Assembly (NCBI GenBank): GCA_965208575.1
Contig: CBDBOV010000006.1
Location: 800,001 to 864,000, forward strand
Length of the DNA: 64,000 bases
Direction: 5' to 3'
Source: Spirochaetia bacterium
Lineage (GTDB): Bacteria > Spirochaetota > Spirochaetia > SZUA-6 > Bin103
How positions within the stretch are numbered: the first letter of the stretch is position 1; every line of letters begins with the position of its first letter. The notes below the pieces were generated by a model that had not been told where the DNA came from, made no database searches, and saw nothing but the letters and a program-made list of their open reading frames with translations. A program made the position numbers and the translations under genes. This document shows positions 49,287 to 58,038 of the stretch, piece after piece.

Positions 49287-49456
49287 GAGTGGGCGGGGTC
49301 AGTAGACGTGTACACGGGATCGGACGTCAACCATGGCCGGGCCGTGTTACCGTAGAGCGAGCCGTTCACCCGGTGTCGACGCGGCACTTACCTTGCGCAT
49401 CCGCTCGGGAGCGGCCATCCGGTGTAGGATGCCCGGCCGAAGGCGGTGATGTTGCG

Positions 49457-50329
49457 ATGACTTCCCTTGCCACGCTGACCGGCGAGCAGGCCGATCACTT
49501 CGTGGAGCACGGCTACGTGGTGGTGCCCGACTGTCTGGACCCCGGCCTGGCACGGCGCTGGACCGACCTGGCCTGCCGCCGGCTCGGCTACGACCGGGCG
49601 GATGCGGCGACCTGGGCGGAGGAGATCGTGTGGATGGACCGCCACACCACCGCGCCGGTGAGTGACATCTCGCCTCGAGGCTGGGGCGCGCTGTGCGACG
49701 TGGTGGGCGGCGAGGAGCGTATCGACCCACGGGTGTACGAGATCGAGTCGCGGCACTTCACCACCATCGATGCATTCGAGTGGTCGGACGCGTTCATCGT
49801 CAACTTCCGGCGCGGAGCCGACCAGCCGTGGCAGCCGCCGGGACCCGATGTCCCCGGCTGGCACAAGGACGGCAGCTACTTCCGCCACTTCCTCGACAGC
49901 CGCGAGCAGGCGCTGCTCACCGTGCTGCTGTGGTCGGAAGTAGCGCCGCGCGGCGGCGGCACCTTCATTGCGCCCGACTCGGTCGGAGTGGTTGCCCGCT
50001 ACCTGGCGGAGCGTCCCGAGGGGGCCTCGCCCGGCGCGTTCGGGGAACTGATCCGGGAGTGCCGCGAGTTCGTGGAGTTGACCGGCCCGCCCGGCACGCT
50101 GGTGATCCTGCACCCGTTCATGCTGCACGCCTCCTCCAACAACCACTCCGGGCGCCCGCGCTTCATGTCCAATCCGCCGATGGTCCTGCGCGAGCCGCTC
50201 AACCTGCAGCGCGACGACGCCGGCGATTACTCGCTCCTGGAACGCACCACCCTGCACGCCCTGGGCGTCCCGCACTGCGACTTCCGCCCGTCAGTGCCGC
50301 GCGAGTCGTACTGGAAGCAGATCCGGTAG
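49457..50329 (+). CDS. PhyH-like 2OG-Fe(II) dioxygenase
   Basis: FVEHGY, WHKDG, GGTF, HPFMLHASS.N, RFMSN. Confidence 0.82.
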   Translation: MTSLATLTGEQADHFVEHGYVVVPDCLDPGLARRWTDLACRRLGYDRADAATWAEEIVWMDRHTTAPVSDISPRGWGALCDVVGGEERIDPRVYEIESRHFTTIDAFEWSDAFIVNFRRGADQPWQPPGPDVPGWHKDGSYFRHFLDSREQALLTVLLWSEVAPRGGGTFIAPDSVGVVARYLAERPEGASPGAFGELIRECREFVELTGPPGTLVILHPFMLHASSNNHSGRPRFMSNPPMVLREPLNLQRDDAGDYSLLERTTLHALGVPHCDFRPSVPRESYWKQIR

Positions 50330-50367
50330 CTTTACGCGCGCCGCGGTTTGACGGCAAGGTGGGACGG

Positions 50368-51138
50368 GTGAAGCACAACACCATGAAGCGCAAGATGCTC
50401 GCCGGTGAGCCGGTGGTCGGCGCGGAGCTGGCGATCGGCTGCCCGCTGGTCGGCGAGATGTTCTCGCTGGCCGGGTTCGACTTCGTCCAGGTGGACTGCC
50501 AGCACGGCGTGTGGGACGACACCACCGCCATGCAGGCGCTGCACCACATACTCATCGGACCGGCGACGCCGTCGGTGCGGGTGCCGGACAACGACTACGC
50601 GGCGATCGGCCGGCTCCTCGACCGCGGCGCGCTCAGCATCATCGTGCCGATGGTCAACACTCCCGCCGAGGCGCGGCGCGCGGTCGACGCGGTGCGCTAC
50701 CCGCCGCTGGGCAAGCGCTCCGGCGGCGGCCCCACCGGCTACCTGAGCTACGGCAGCGACTATTCCGCCCGCGCCAACGAAGAGGTGCTGCTGATGGTGC
50801 AGATCGAGACCGCGCAAGCGGCGGAGGCGGCAGAGGAGATCCTCGGCGTGGACGGGGTCGACGGCTGCATGATAGGCCCAGGCGACCTGAGCCGCACCAT
50901 GGGCGTCGACCTGAGCAAGCCGGCGGACCGGGACCGGCATGCCGGCGTGATCCGCGAGGTGCGCGAGACCTGCGTGCGGGTGGGCAAGCTGCCCGGCATC
51001 GCCACCGGCGGACGCGGCGCCGAGCAGTGCCTGAAGGACGGTTTCCTGTTCGTGCTCGCCGTGGGCGACTACGCGTTCCTGAACCAGGGCGCCCACGACG
51101 TGGTGGAGTGGCTCAACGGAGTGCGCGCCGCCGGCTGA
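50368..51138 (+). CDS. HpcH/HpaI aldolase family protein
   Basis: GFDFVQVDCQHG, VRVP, LDRGA, VPMVN, RYPPLGKRS, VQIET, IGPGDLS. Confidence 0.92.
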   Translation: MKHNTMKRKMLAGEPVVGAELAIGCPLVGEMFSLAGFDFVQVDCQHGVWDDTTAMQALHHILIGPATPSVRVPDNDYAAIGRLLDRGALSIIVPMVNTPAEARRAVDAVRYPPLGKRSGGGPTGYLSYGSDYSARANEEVLLMVQIETAQAAEAAEEILGVDGVDGCMIGPGDLSRTMGVDLSKPADRDRHAGVIREVRETCVRVGKLPGIATGGRGAEQCLKDGFLFVLAVGDYAFLNQGAHDVVEWLNGVRAAG

Positions 51139-51279
51139 CTCGCCTTGCAACGCAGTACCGCCGCGCGCCGGGAGTCGACGCGCGGCGGTGAGGGAGGGGA
51201 ACTCCCCGGCTCGGCGACGGCGTGCCGGGCGGCGGCGGACGCCGCCGCGGCGACGCCGCACCGCCGGGCCGGGACGGCG

Positions 51280-52173
51280 CTACATGGCGCCTTGCGGGCT
51301 TGCCTCCGGGGCAGCCTCAGGCTGAGGCGCATCCGGCTGCATGTGCCGGAAGTTGCGCCGCATCTGTTCGAAGCGTTCGCGGTTGCGCTCCCACCACTCC
51401 TGCATCGCCTCCGGATCCAGGTCGCCGCGCCCGAACGCGCGCATCTGGAAGAAAGGCCAGGGGCGGTAGCGCAGGCCGAGCATCGCCGTGCCGGTCTCCG
51501 GGTGCTCGCCCAGGGTCACCGCGGCGCTCATCGCCTCGCCGGCGCGCTCGTAGTCGAGGCTGATGCTGGCGCCGGGCTCGAAGCCGCCGATCACCTCGGC
51601 CAGGTTGCCCGCCGTCTCGCTCAGCTCGGTACCGTCGACGGCGGTGATCCAGTCGCCGGGCTGTAGACCCGCCGCGGCGGCCGGGCTGTCGGGAACCACC
51701 TCCATCACGATGGCGCCGGGGGCCGCGAGCTCCTCGAAGGAGAACTCGCCGGCATCGGGAGCCATCTCCCCGTCCTTATCGTGCGGCTCCTCGGCCATGC
51801 CGAGCTGCTCCGGCTGCGGCCCGGCGTTGGACACCATCAGCCCGAGACGGGGGCGCCCCCACACGTAGGCGATCGCCACGACCTGGTCGATCATCTCGTC
51901 GCCGCGCGTGATGGCGAGCGTGACCTCGGCGTGCTCGGCGTCGGCCAGCGCCCCGGTCAGGTCGCCGATGTGCGCCACCGGCAGACCGTCGATCCCTACG
52001 ATCAGGTCGCCGCGTTGCACACCCGCCGCCGCCGCAGGACCGTTGGGGTCGACGTCCGTAACCAGGACACCGGGCGGTGCATCCGTGTCCGCCGCCAGCG
52101 GCATAACGGCCACCAGCAGGACGGCCGCCGCTGCGGCGGCCCTTGTCATCAATCTCATATTCCGTACCTCCAT
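51280..52173 (-). CDS. Secreted tandem-PDZ-domain protein
   Basis: Signal peptide; two GVLV..V.P.GPAAAAG...GD.I..DG PDZ motifs; no protease domain visible. Confidence 0.82.
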   Translation of the reverse strand: MEVRNMRLMTRAAAAAAVLLVAVMPLAADTDAPPGVLVTDVDPNGPAAAAGVQRGDLIVGIDGLPVAHIGDLTGALADAEHAEVTLAITRGDEMIDQVVAIAYVWGRPRLGLMVSNAGPQPEQLGMAEEPHDKDGEMAPDAGEFSFEELAAPGAIVMEVVPDSPAAAAGLQPGDWITAVDGTELSETAGNLAEVIGGFEPGASISLDYERAGEAMSAAVTLGEHPETGTAMLGLRYRPWPFFQMRAFGRGDLDPEAMQEWWERNRERFEQMRRNFRHMQPDAPQPEAAPEASPQGAM

Positions 52174-52281
52174 GCGATCGATGTGAAAGTGATGCAGGGA
52201 AACGTACCCGGCCAGTTTTATTGGGCAGTAAAACGACGGTTACAATTTCGCAACACTGCGTCCGGCGCGGATTCTCGTACG

Positions 52282-53115
52282 CTATCCGGTGCCGAGCATC
52301 ACCTCGAGCTGGTCGTGCGGCTTGTAGTAGTCGGTGGCGATGTAGTCGTCGCCCATGTCGCCGAGCAGGCGGCGGCGGCGCGCCGGCATGCGCGCGAGCA
52401 CTTCGGCGGGCGCCTTCTCGTAGTCGTAGGGGCGGCACCACATCTGGCCGTAGCGGAAGGTCACGCTGCGCCGCACCGAGTCGCCGTGGTTGGGAGCGAC
52501 GCTGTGCCACAGGCTGTGCGGAAAGATCGCCACGTCGCCGGCCTGCACGCGGAGCTGGATCGCCCCGTCCGGGTCTACGCCGGCGGCAAACCCGGCCTCG
52601 GGAAACTCACGGCGGTGGCTGCCGGGCACCAGGCAGAAGTTGGCGCGGTCCGGGTCCGGGATGTCGGTCAGGAAGAACTGCACCTTGAAGTTCAGCGGCA
52701 GGCTGTCGTCGGTGACGCGGATCTGCTGCAGCGAGCGCCCGGCGTCGGTGTGCCACCGGAAGTCGGACTCGCGGCCCGCGGGACGCACGTAGATCTGCGT
52801 GCCCATGAGCTGCAGGTAGGGGCCCATCAGCCCCAGGATGGTGGGGAACGTGCCGGGGTGATCGATCAGGTCGTCCAGGCCGGCGGTGCGCCAGATCGCC
52901 TGCACAATGGTGTAGGAGCCGGGATGCGCGAAGCCCGGATCCGCCTCGTAGGCGGCGATCACGTCGTCGGCGGCGGCCAGGAAGGCGGCGGCCTGATCGC
53001 GGGAAATGGCCTGGCGCAGCAGCAGGTAGCCCTGCTCGCGCCACTGGGCAAGCACGTCCTCGCCGACGGCGGCGGCGGTTTCGGTGGCGGTTTCGGTGGC
53101 TGAAATGGCTGACAT
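52282..53115 (-). CDS. PhyH-family 2OG-Fe(II) dioxygenase
   Basis: WREQGYL, WHTD, LVPGSH, AGDVAIF, LWHSV..N, RRSV. Confidence 0.9.
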   Translation of the reverse strand: MSAISATETATETAAAVGEDVLAQWREQGYLLLRQAISRDQAAAFLAAADDVIAAYEADPGFAHPGSYTIVQAIWRTAGLDDLIDHPGTFPTILGLMGPYLQLMGTQIYVRPAGRESDFRWHTDAGRSLQQIRVTDDSLPLNFKVQFFLTDIPDPDRANFCLVPGSHRREFPEAGFAAGVDPDGAIQLRVQAGDVAIFPHSLWHSVAPNHGDSVRRSVTFRYGQMWCRPYDYEKAPAEVLARMPARRRRLLGDMGDDYIATDYYKPHDQLEVMLGTG

Positions 53116-53121
53116 ATCCCG

Positions 53122-53131
53122 ATTCTATCAT
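53122..53131. promoter_or_regulatory. Overlapping divergent -10 elements (bidirectional leaderless promoter)
   Basis: TAGAAT (minus, 53122-53127) is 6 nt from ATG 53115; TATCAT (plus, 53126-53131) is 7 nt from ATG 53139. Confidence 0.55.
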
Positions 53132-53138
53132 CTTCGGT

Positions 53139-54041
53139 ATGCTCGTCACGCTGATGAATACCGACCGCGAAGCTGCCCGCATCGCCAGCCTGCTGGAGCA
53201 GCAGAACTACATCGCCGACGACGCCATCGTCACCTCGTTGCTGATCGCGGAACTGTTGCGCAAGCCGCTGCTGGTGGAGGGGCCCGCCGGCGTCGGCAAG
53301 ACCGAAATCGCGAAGGTGATGGCGCGCGCGCTGGATACCGACCTGATCCGCCTGCAGTGCTACGAGGGGCTGGACGCTAGCACCGCGCTGTACGAGTGGG
53401 ACTACAAGCGCCAGTTGCTGCACATCCGCCTGAGCGAACACGACAGCGCCTCGGTGGCCGAGCGGGAACGGCAACTGTTTGACGAGCGCTACCTGCTCAA
53501 GCGTCCCCTGCTGCAGGCGATCACCCACCACCGCAGCCCGGTGCTGCTGGTGGACGAGCTGGACCGCGCCGACGAGGAGTTCGAGGCGTTCCTGCTGGAG
53601 GTGCTGTCCGACTGGCAGATTTCGATTCCCGAGCTGGGCACCGTGAGCGCCCGCCACGTGCCGTACGTGGTGGTAACCAGCAACCGCACGCGCGACCTGT
53701 CGGACGCGGTGCGGCGGCGCTGCCTGTACCTGTGGATCGACTACCCCGACTTCGCCAAGGAACTGGCCATCGTACGGCGCCGCGTGCCGGGCATCGACCG
53801 GCACCTGGCCGAACAGATCTGCCGCTTCGTGGAGGCGGCGCGCCGCGAGCCGCTGGAGAAGGTTCCGGGCGTCGCCGAGACGCTGGACTGGGCATCCACG
53901 CTGGTGGCGCTGCACCGCGACCACCTCGACGAGGCGACGGTGGCGGCCACGCTCGGCGTGCTGTTCAAGAGCCAGGACGACGTCACCGGAGTGCGCCGCC
54001 GCACCGGCGGGATGCTGGCCGCCCTGGCGGCGTCAGACTAG
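53139..54041 (+). CDS. MoxR-family AAA+ ATPase (CoxD-like)
   Basis: EGPAGVGKTE, RLQCYEGLD, LVDELDRADEEFEAFLLE, SNRTRDLSDAVRRRC, PGVAETLDW. Confidence 0.93.
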   Translation: MLVTLMNTDREAARIASLLEQQNYIADDAIVTSLLIAELLRKPLLVEGPAGVGKTEIAKVMARALDTDLIRLQCYEGLDASTALYEWDYKRQLLHIRLSEHDSASVAERERQLFDERYLLKRPLLQAITHHRSPVLLVDELDRADEEFEAFLLEVLSDWQISIPELGTVSARHVPYVVVTSNRTRDLSDAVRRRCLYLWIDYPDFAKELAIVRRRVPGIDRHLAEQICRFVEAARREPLEKVPGVAETLDWASTLVALHRDHLDEATVAATLGVLFKSQDDVTGVRRRTGGMLAALAASD

Positions 54042-54198
54042 CGGCCGGTGGTGAAACCCTCGGTTGGACCCACAGCGGCGCCGTGCCCGGCCGGCAGGGC
54101 GCGGCGATCGAGCCTGTCGGGCACGGGCGGGCAAGCAGCGGCGCGGCCGGCAGCGATGCATCCGCGTTCGACGCAGCCGGAGTTTCGCCGCCGGCGGC
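54041..54198 (+). repeat. Palindromic MITE-like repeat, full-length intergenic copy
   Basis: GCGGCCGGTGGTGAAACCC...GCCGGAGTTTCGCCGCCGGCGGC; colinear with 30226-30388; starts at the last base of the upstream TAG stop. Confidence 0.72.
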
Positions 54199-54310
54199 CA
54201 GGCGCCGGCGGCGGCAGCACGCATAGCCCCTCCTGCGCCGCGCACTGGCCGGCGGACGGCGGGCGCCGGGGCCGTCGCGAGCGCGGCGCCGTGCGGAGTG
54301 CGGCGCGACA

Positions 54311-55465
54311 GTGAGCGCACCGAGCCGGGCGCCGCTCGCGGAACGCGCCCTGTCGGCGCGGGTGGTCGGCTTTTGCCGCCACCTGCGGGAGGCGGGAATC
54401 GCGCTGGGGCTGGGCGAACAGGCTGACGCGGCGCGAGCGGCCGCGGTGGCCCTGCGCGACCCGCAGCGGTTTCGGATGGCGCTGCGCGCCACCACCGCCA
54501 AGAACCGCGACGAACAGGAGATCTTCGACGCGTGTTACGCGGCCTACTGGGACAACCTCGTGGAGGCGGACTTCACCGACCCGGACCCGGCAGAGAGCGT
54601 CCTGCCGCCGTTGCGGATCCCGCGGCGCGGCAAGCAGTCGGTGCAGTACGAGGGAGACTCCTCGCTGGCCGGCGACCGGGAGGTGTCGGCCGCCGCCTAC
54701 AGCCCGCAACAGGTGCCGGCGCGCACCGACTTCGCGCTGCTGAGCACGGACGAGCTGGAGCAGATGTCGCACCTGCTGCTGGCCATCGGCCGGCAACTGG
54801 CCCGCTCCCTGTCGCGCCGCTTCCAGCCCGGTACGCGCGGCGTCCGGCTCGACCTGCGCCGCACCCTGCGCGCCGGGTTGCGGTCGGGCGAGCTGCTCGA
54901 CCTGGCGCTGCTGCGCCGCCGCCAGCGGCGGCTGAAGCTGGCGCTGATCTGCGACGTCAGCAAGTCGATGGACCTGTACAGCCGTTTCCTGATCCAGTTC
55001 ATGTTCGCCTTCCAGCGCGCCTACCGGCGCATCGAGACATTCGTGTTCAGCACCGGCCTGCACCGCATCACCGACCAGCTCCGCGGCCCCAACCTGACCG
55101 CCGCCCTCGACCGCCTGTCCGCGACCGTGCCGGAGTGGTCCGGCGGCACCCGCATCGGCGCATCGCTCGAACGCTACCTGGACGATTACGGCCGCACCGC
55201 CCTCGACCGGCGCACCGTGGTGACCATCCTGAGCGACGGCTGGGACACCGGCGACATCGACCTGCTGAGTCGCTGCATGGAGGAGATCCAGCGCCGCGCC
55301 GCCCTGGTCATCTGGCTCAACCCCCTGCTCGGCAACACCGGCTATCGCCCGCAGACGCGCGGCATGCAGGCTGCCCTGCCGTTCGTGGACGTGTTCGCCG
55401 CCGCCCACAACGCCGCCAGCCTGCGCCGCCTCGCCACCACCCTCGCCGGCCAACGCACCGGGTAG
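54311..55465 (+). CDS. VWA domain protein (CoxE-like)
   Basis: LDLRRTLR, ICDVSKSM (MIDAS-like), FVFSTGL, WSGGTRIG, ILSDGWD, WLNP. Confidence 0.92.
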   Translation: MSAPSRAPLAERALSARVVGFCRHLREAGIALGLGEQADAARAAAVALRDPQRFRMALRATTAKNRDEQEIFDACYAAYWDNLVEADFTDPDPAESVLPPLRIPRRGKQSVQYEGDSSLAGDREVSAAAYSPQQVPARTDFALLSTDELEQMSHLLLAIGRQLARSLSRRFQPGTRGVRLDLRRTLRAGLRSGELLDLALLRRRQRRLKLALICDVSKSMDLYSRFLIQFMFAFQRAYRRIETFVFSTGLHRITDQLRGPNLTAALDRLSATVPEWSGGTRIGASLERYLDDYGRTALDRRTVVTILSDGWDTGDIDLLSRCMEEIQRRAALVIWLNPLLGNTGYRPQTRGMQAALPFVDVFAAAHNAASLRRLATTLAGQRTG

Positions 55466-55490
55466 CCTGGTCCGAAAAAGCCAGCCGGTA

Positions 55491-55510
55491 GCCGATGCTT
55501 CGGCATCGGT
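55491..55510. terminator. Hairpin with C(TTCG)G loop between convergent genes
   Basis: GCCGATGC-TTCG-GCATCGGT. Confidence 0.5.
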
Positions 55511-55575
55511 ATTCATCGTCTTCCATGGCACGGAGTGACCGTACAGACTCCGCCGGAAGATCGGTTCGGCAGCCG

Positions 55576-56016
55576 TCAGCCCTGCGAATCCGGCGGCGGG
55601 GCCAGGAGGGTCTCGAAGTCCGCCAGCAGCTTCGGCAGCACCTGGTTCATCTTGCCCATCTGCCGGTAGACGGTCGCATCATCAAGGCCGACGTATTCGT
55701 GCGCAAGCACGTTTCGGAACCCTCCCAGGCCGCGCAACTCGCGGTAGCGCTCCTCGGTCAGAAATCCACCGCGGTGCGCATTGGACAGCACGTCCTCATA
55801 CGTATCGCTGACGATCTCCTGTTTGGCGCTCAGCAGGTGATCCAGGATGTCCAGGGCGGCTTCGGCTGTGAGATGGAGCAGCCGTTCCACGGCATAGCGC
55901 GTGGTGCGGTCCGCCAGGTATTCATCCAGAGACAGGTCACGCCACTGCGCCAGATCGCGCTGATACTCGCGCAGCTTCTCCAGCCGCTTCGCGACGCTGT
56001 CAGGCCGGTAGACCAC
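55576..56016 (-). CDS. hepT: HepT-like (DUF86/HEPN) toxin, type VII TA
   Basis: YAVERLL...GFRNVLAHEY (RX4H); overlaps the upstream nucleotidyltransferase. Confidence 0.88.
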   Translation of the reverse strand: MVYRPDSVAKRLEKLREYQRDLAQWRDLSLDEYLADRTTRYAVERLLHLTAEAALDILDHLLSAKQEIVSDTYEDVLSNAHRGGFLTEERYRELRGLGGFRNVLAHEYVGLDDATVYRQMGKMNQVLPKLLADFETLLAPPPDSQG

Positions 56017-56440
56017 TGCGCCGGCTCCTGCGCCGCCGAAGGTAGAGCATGTGGTCGCGGTAGTGCAGCGTCAGGCGGCGCTCCAGGCCGTTCAGGCGGT
56101 CGGCGTCTCGATAGTGCAGCAGCCTGCCGTCGCGAATGACCGAAAACGCGACTACCGGATCGGCCTGGTTGAGCCAGACGAGATCGAGTCGGTCGGACCG
56201 CAGCAGACGTACGAATTCCGCGTGCAGCGCCAGCAGGTCGTCGCCCGTGAATCCGCTGCCGGTGTAGACCGCCGCGTCGAGATCGGAGTCGGGGGTCGCA
56301 GTTTCACTCGTGCGCGAACCGAACAGGTAGAACGCCTCGATCCGCCGGTCGGCCGCTGCTACCGGCAGCAGCAGATCGACACACCGGCGCGTCGACCACC
56401 TGATCGGACGTGTTCTGCTCCAGCGTTCCCGCACCGCCAT
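56000..56440 (-). CDS. mntA: MntA-like minimal nucleotidyltransferase antitoxin
   Basis: YLFGS-X10-DLD motif, LDLVWLN, VIRDGRLL. Confidence 0.87.
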   Translation of the reverse strand: MAVRERWSRTRPIRWSTRRCVDLLLPVAAADRRIEAFYLFGSRTSETATPDSDLDAAVYTGSGFTGDDLLALHAEFVRLLRSDRLDLVWLNQADPVVAFSVIRDGRLLHYRDADRLNGLERRLTLHYRDHMLYLRRRRSRRSGLPA

Positions 56441-56621
56441 GCGACATCCACCCTGCCGCCATCGTAGCCCGGATCCCGCCTTGCCCGCCACCGGGCGCAT
56501 TGACTCATCGAAAATCTAACCGTAGCGAAAGCATGCCTCATCTAAAAATCTAACCGAACGGGCTGGACCTTCCGGGTCCGGTTGGAGCCTCTCCGAGGGA
56601 CGTGAGGAGGTTCCGGAGGAG

Positions 56622-57896
56622 ATGGGGTTGAAGATGAGTTCAAGGCGAGAGCTCACCGAGCAGCACGCGCAGCGGTATCGTCGGGCGGGCAAGAAGGAGA
56701 AGGGGCGCATACTCGACGAGTTCGTCGAGTCGACCGGGTACCAGCGCAAGTACGCGATCCATCTGTTGACCTGGTGGGGACGGACCCGCATGGTGCGAGT
56801 CGACGGCACACTGGTGAAGCTGGTGGTCGGGCGTCCGCGGCCTGCCCAGCGCCGCGTGCGACCGCGGCGCTACGACCAGGAGGTGCTGGTCGCTCTGAAG
56901 CTGATCTGGTACGTGTTCGACTGCATGTGCGGCAAGCGCCTGGTGGTCGTGCTGCGCACCATGCTGCCGACGCTGGAGTCGTTCGGCGAGATCGAGCTGA
57001 CCGCAGCGGTGCGCGGCAAGCTGCAGACCATCAGCGCCGCGACCATCGACCGGCTGCTGCAGCAGGAGCGCGCACGGCTGCGCCTGAAGGGTCGCACGCA
57101 CACCAAGCCGGGCACCCTCCTGAAGGATCAGATCGCGATCCGAACCTTCGCTGACTGGGACGAGCAGGAGCCGGGCTTCTTCGAGATCGACTTGGTGGGC
57201 CATGAAGGCGGCAACGCGTCAGGCGACTTCTGCCACACGCTCACCATCACCGACGTTGACACCGGCTGGGTCGACCTGTACGGCGTGCAGAACAAGGCGC
57301 AGCGCTGGACCCACGAGGCGATCGACGCTGCCCGGCAGAGCCTGCCGATCGTGATGCGGGGGATCGACACCGACAACGGCAGCGAGTTCATCAATCATCA
57401 TTTGCTGCGCTATTGCGAAGCGCACGGCATCACGTTCACTCGGGGTCGCCCGCATCGCAAGAACGACACCTGCTACGTCGAGCAGAAGAATGGCCACGTG
57501 GTGCGACGGGCGGTCGGCCACCTGCGTTACGACACCGACCGGGAACTGGCTGCCCTCAACGCGATATACCGCCCGCTGTGCCTGCTGGTGAACTTCTTCT
57601 ATCCCTCGGTGAAGCTGGTGAAGAAAACCCGCACCGGCAGCAAGGTGCGCCGCATCTATGACGACCCGCAGACGCCGTATCACCGCATGCTGGCCTCCGA
57701 GTCGGTGAGCGAGAAGGTGAAGAACCGCCTCAAGCAGCAGTACGCGACGTTGAATCCGGTCGCCCTCAAGCGCGAGCTGACCAGGTTGACCGAGGATCTG
57801 CTGCAGCTGAACGTCAGCAAGACCGCCAAGGCCGCACCAAGCACGGTGCAAACACCGAGCGAGGAGCGTGGTGGCAGCGGTCGCACGGCAAAATGA
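56622..57896 (+). CDS. DDE/integrase-core (rve) transposase
   Basis: RYRRAGKKEKGRILDEF N-terminus; EIDLVGH, IDTDNGSEF, FTRGRPHRKNDTCYVEQKN. Confidence 0.92.
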   Translation: MGLKMSSRRELTEQHAQRYRRAGKKEKGRILDEFVESTGYQRKYAIHLLTWWGRTRMVRVDGTLVKLVVGRPRPAQRRVRPRRYDQEVLVALKLIWYVFDCMCGKRLVVVLRTMLPTLESFGEIELTAAVRGKLQTISAATIDRLLQQERARLRLKGRTHTKPGTLLKDQIAIRTFADWDEQEPGFFEIDLVGHEGGNASGDFCHTLTITDVDTGWVDLYGVQNKAQRWTHEAIDAARQSLPIVMRGIDTDNGSEFINHHLLRYCEAHGITFTRGRPHRKNDTCYVEQKNGHVVRRAVGHLRYDTDRELAALNAIYRPLCLLVNFFYPSVKLVKKTRTGSKVRRIYDDPQTPYHRMLASESVSEKVKNRLKQQYATLNPVALKRELTRLTEDLLQLNVSKTAKAAPSTVQTPSEERGGSGRTAK

Positions 57897-57910
57897 CCCT
57901 CTCAGGCGGG

Positions 57911-58020
57911 TCTGACGGTCGATAATCGGAGAATGGGCGGTCAGCGATGAGAAAACGTCGCCTCAGCCGCGCTGTAAGGCCCCTCCACGACACGAGGTGG
58001 TGTCTGGATACCCCCGTGTC
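57911..58020 (+). repeat. ~110-bp direct repeat, copy 1
   Basis: Matches 59883-59992; the 3' ~65 bp is nearly identical and includes a GACACG...CGTGTC hairpin. Confidence 0.85.
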
Positions 58021-58038
58021 TATGCATAACCATGCAAT

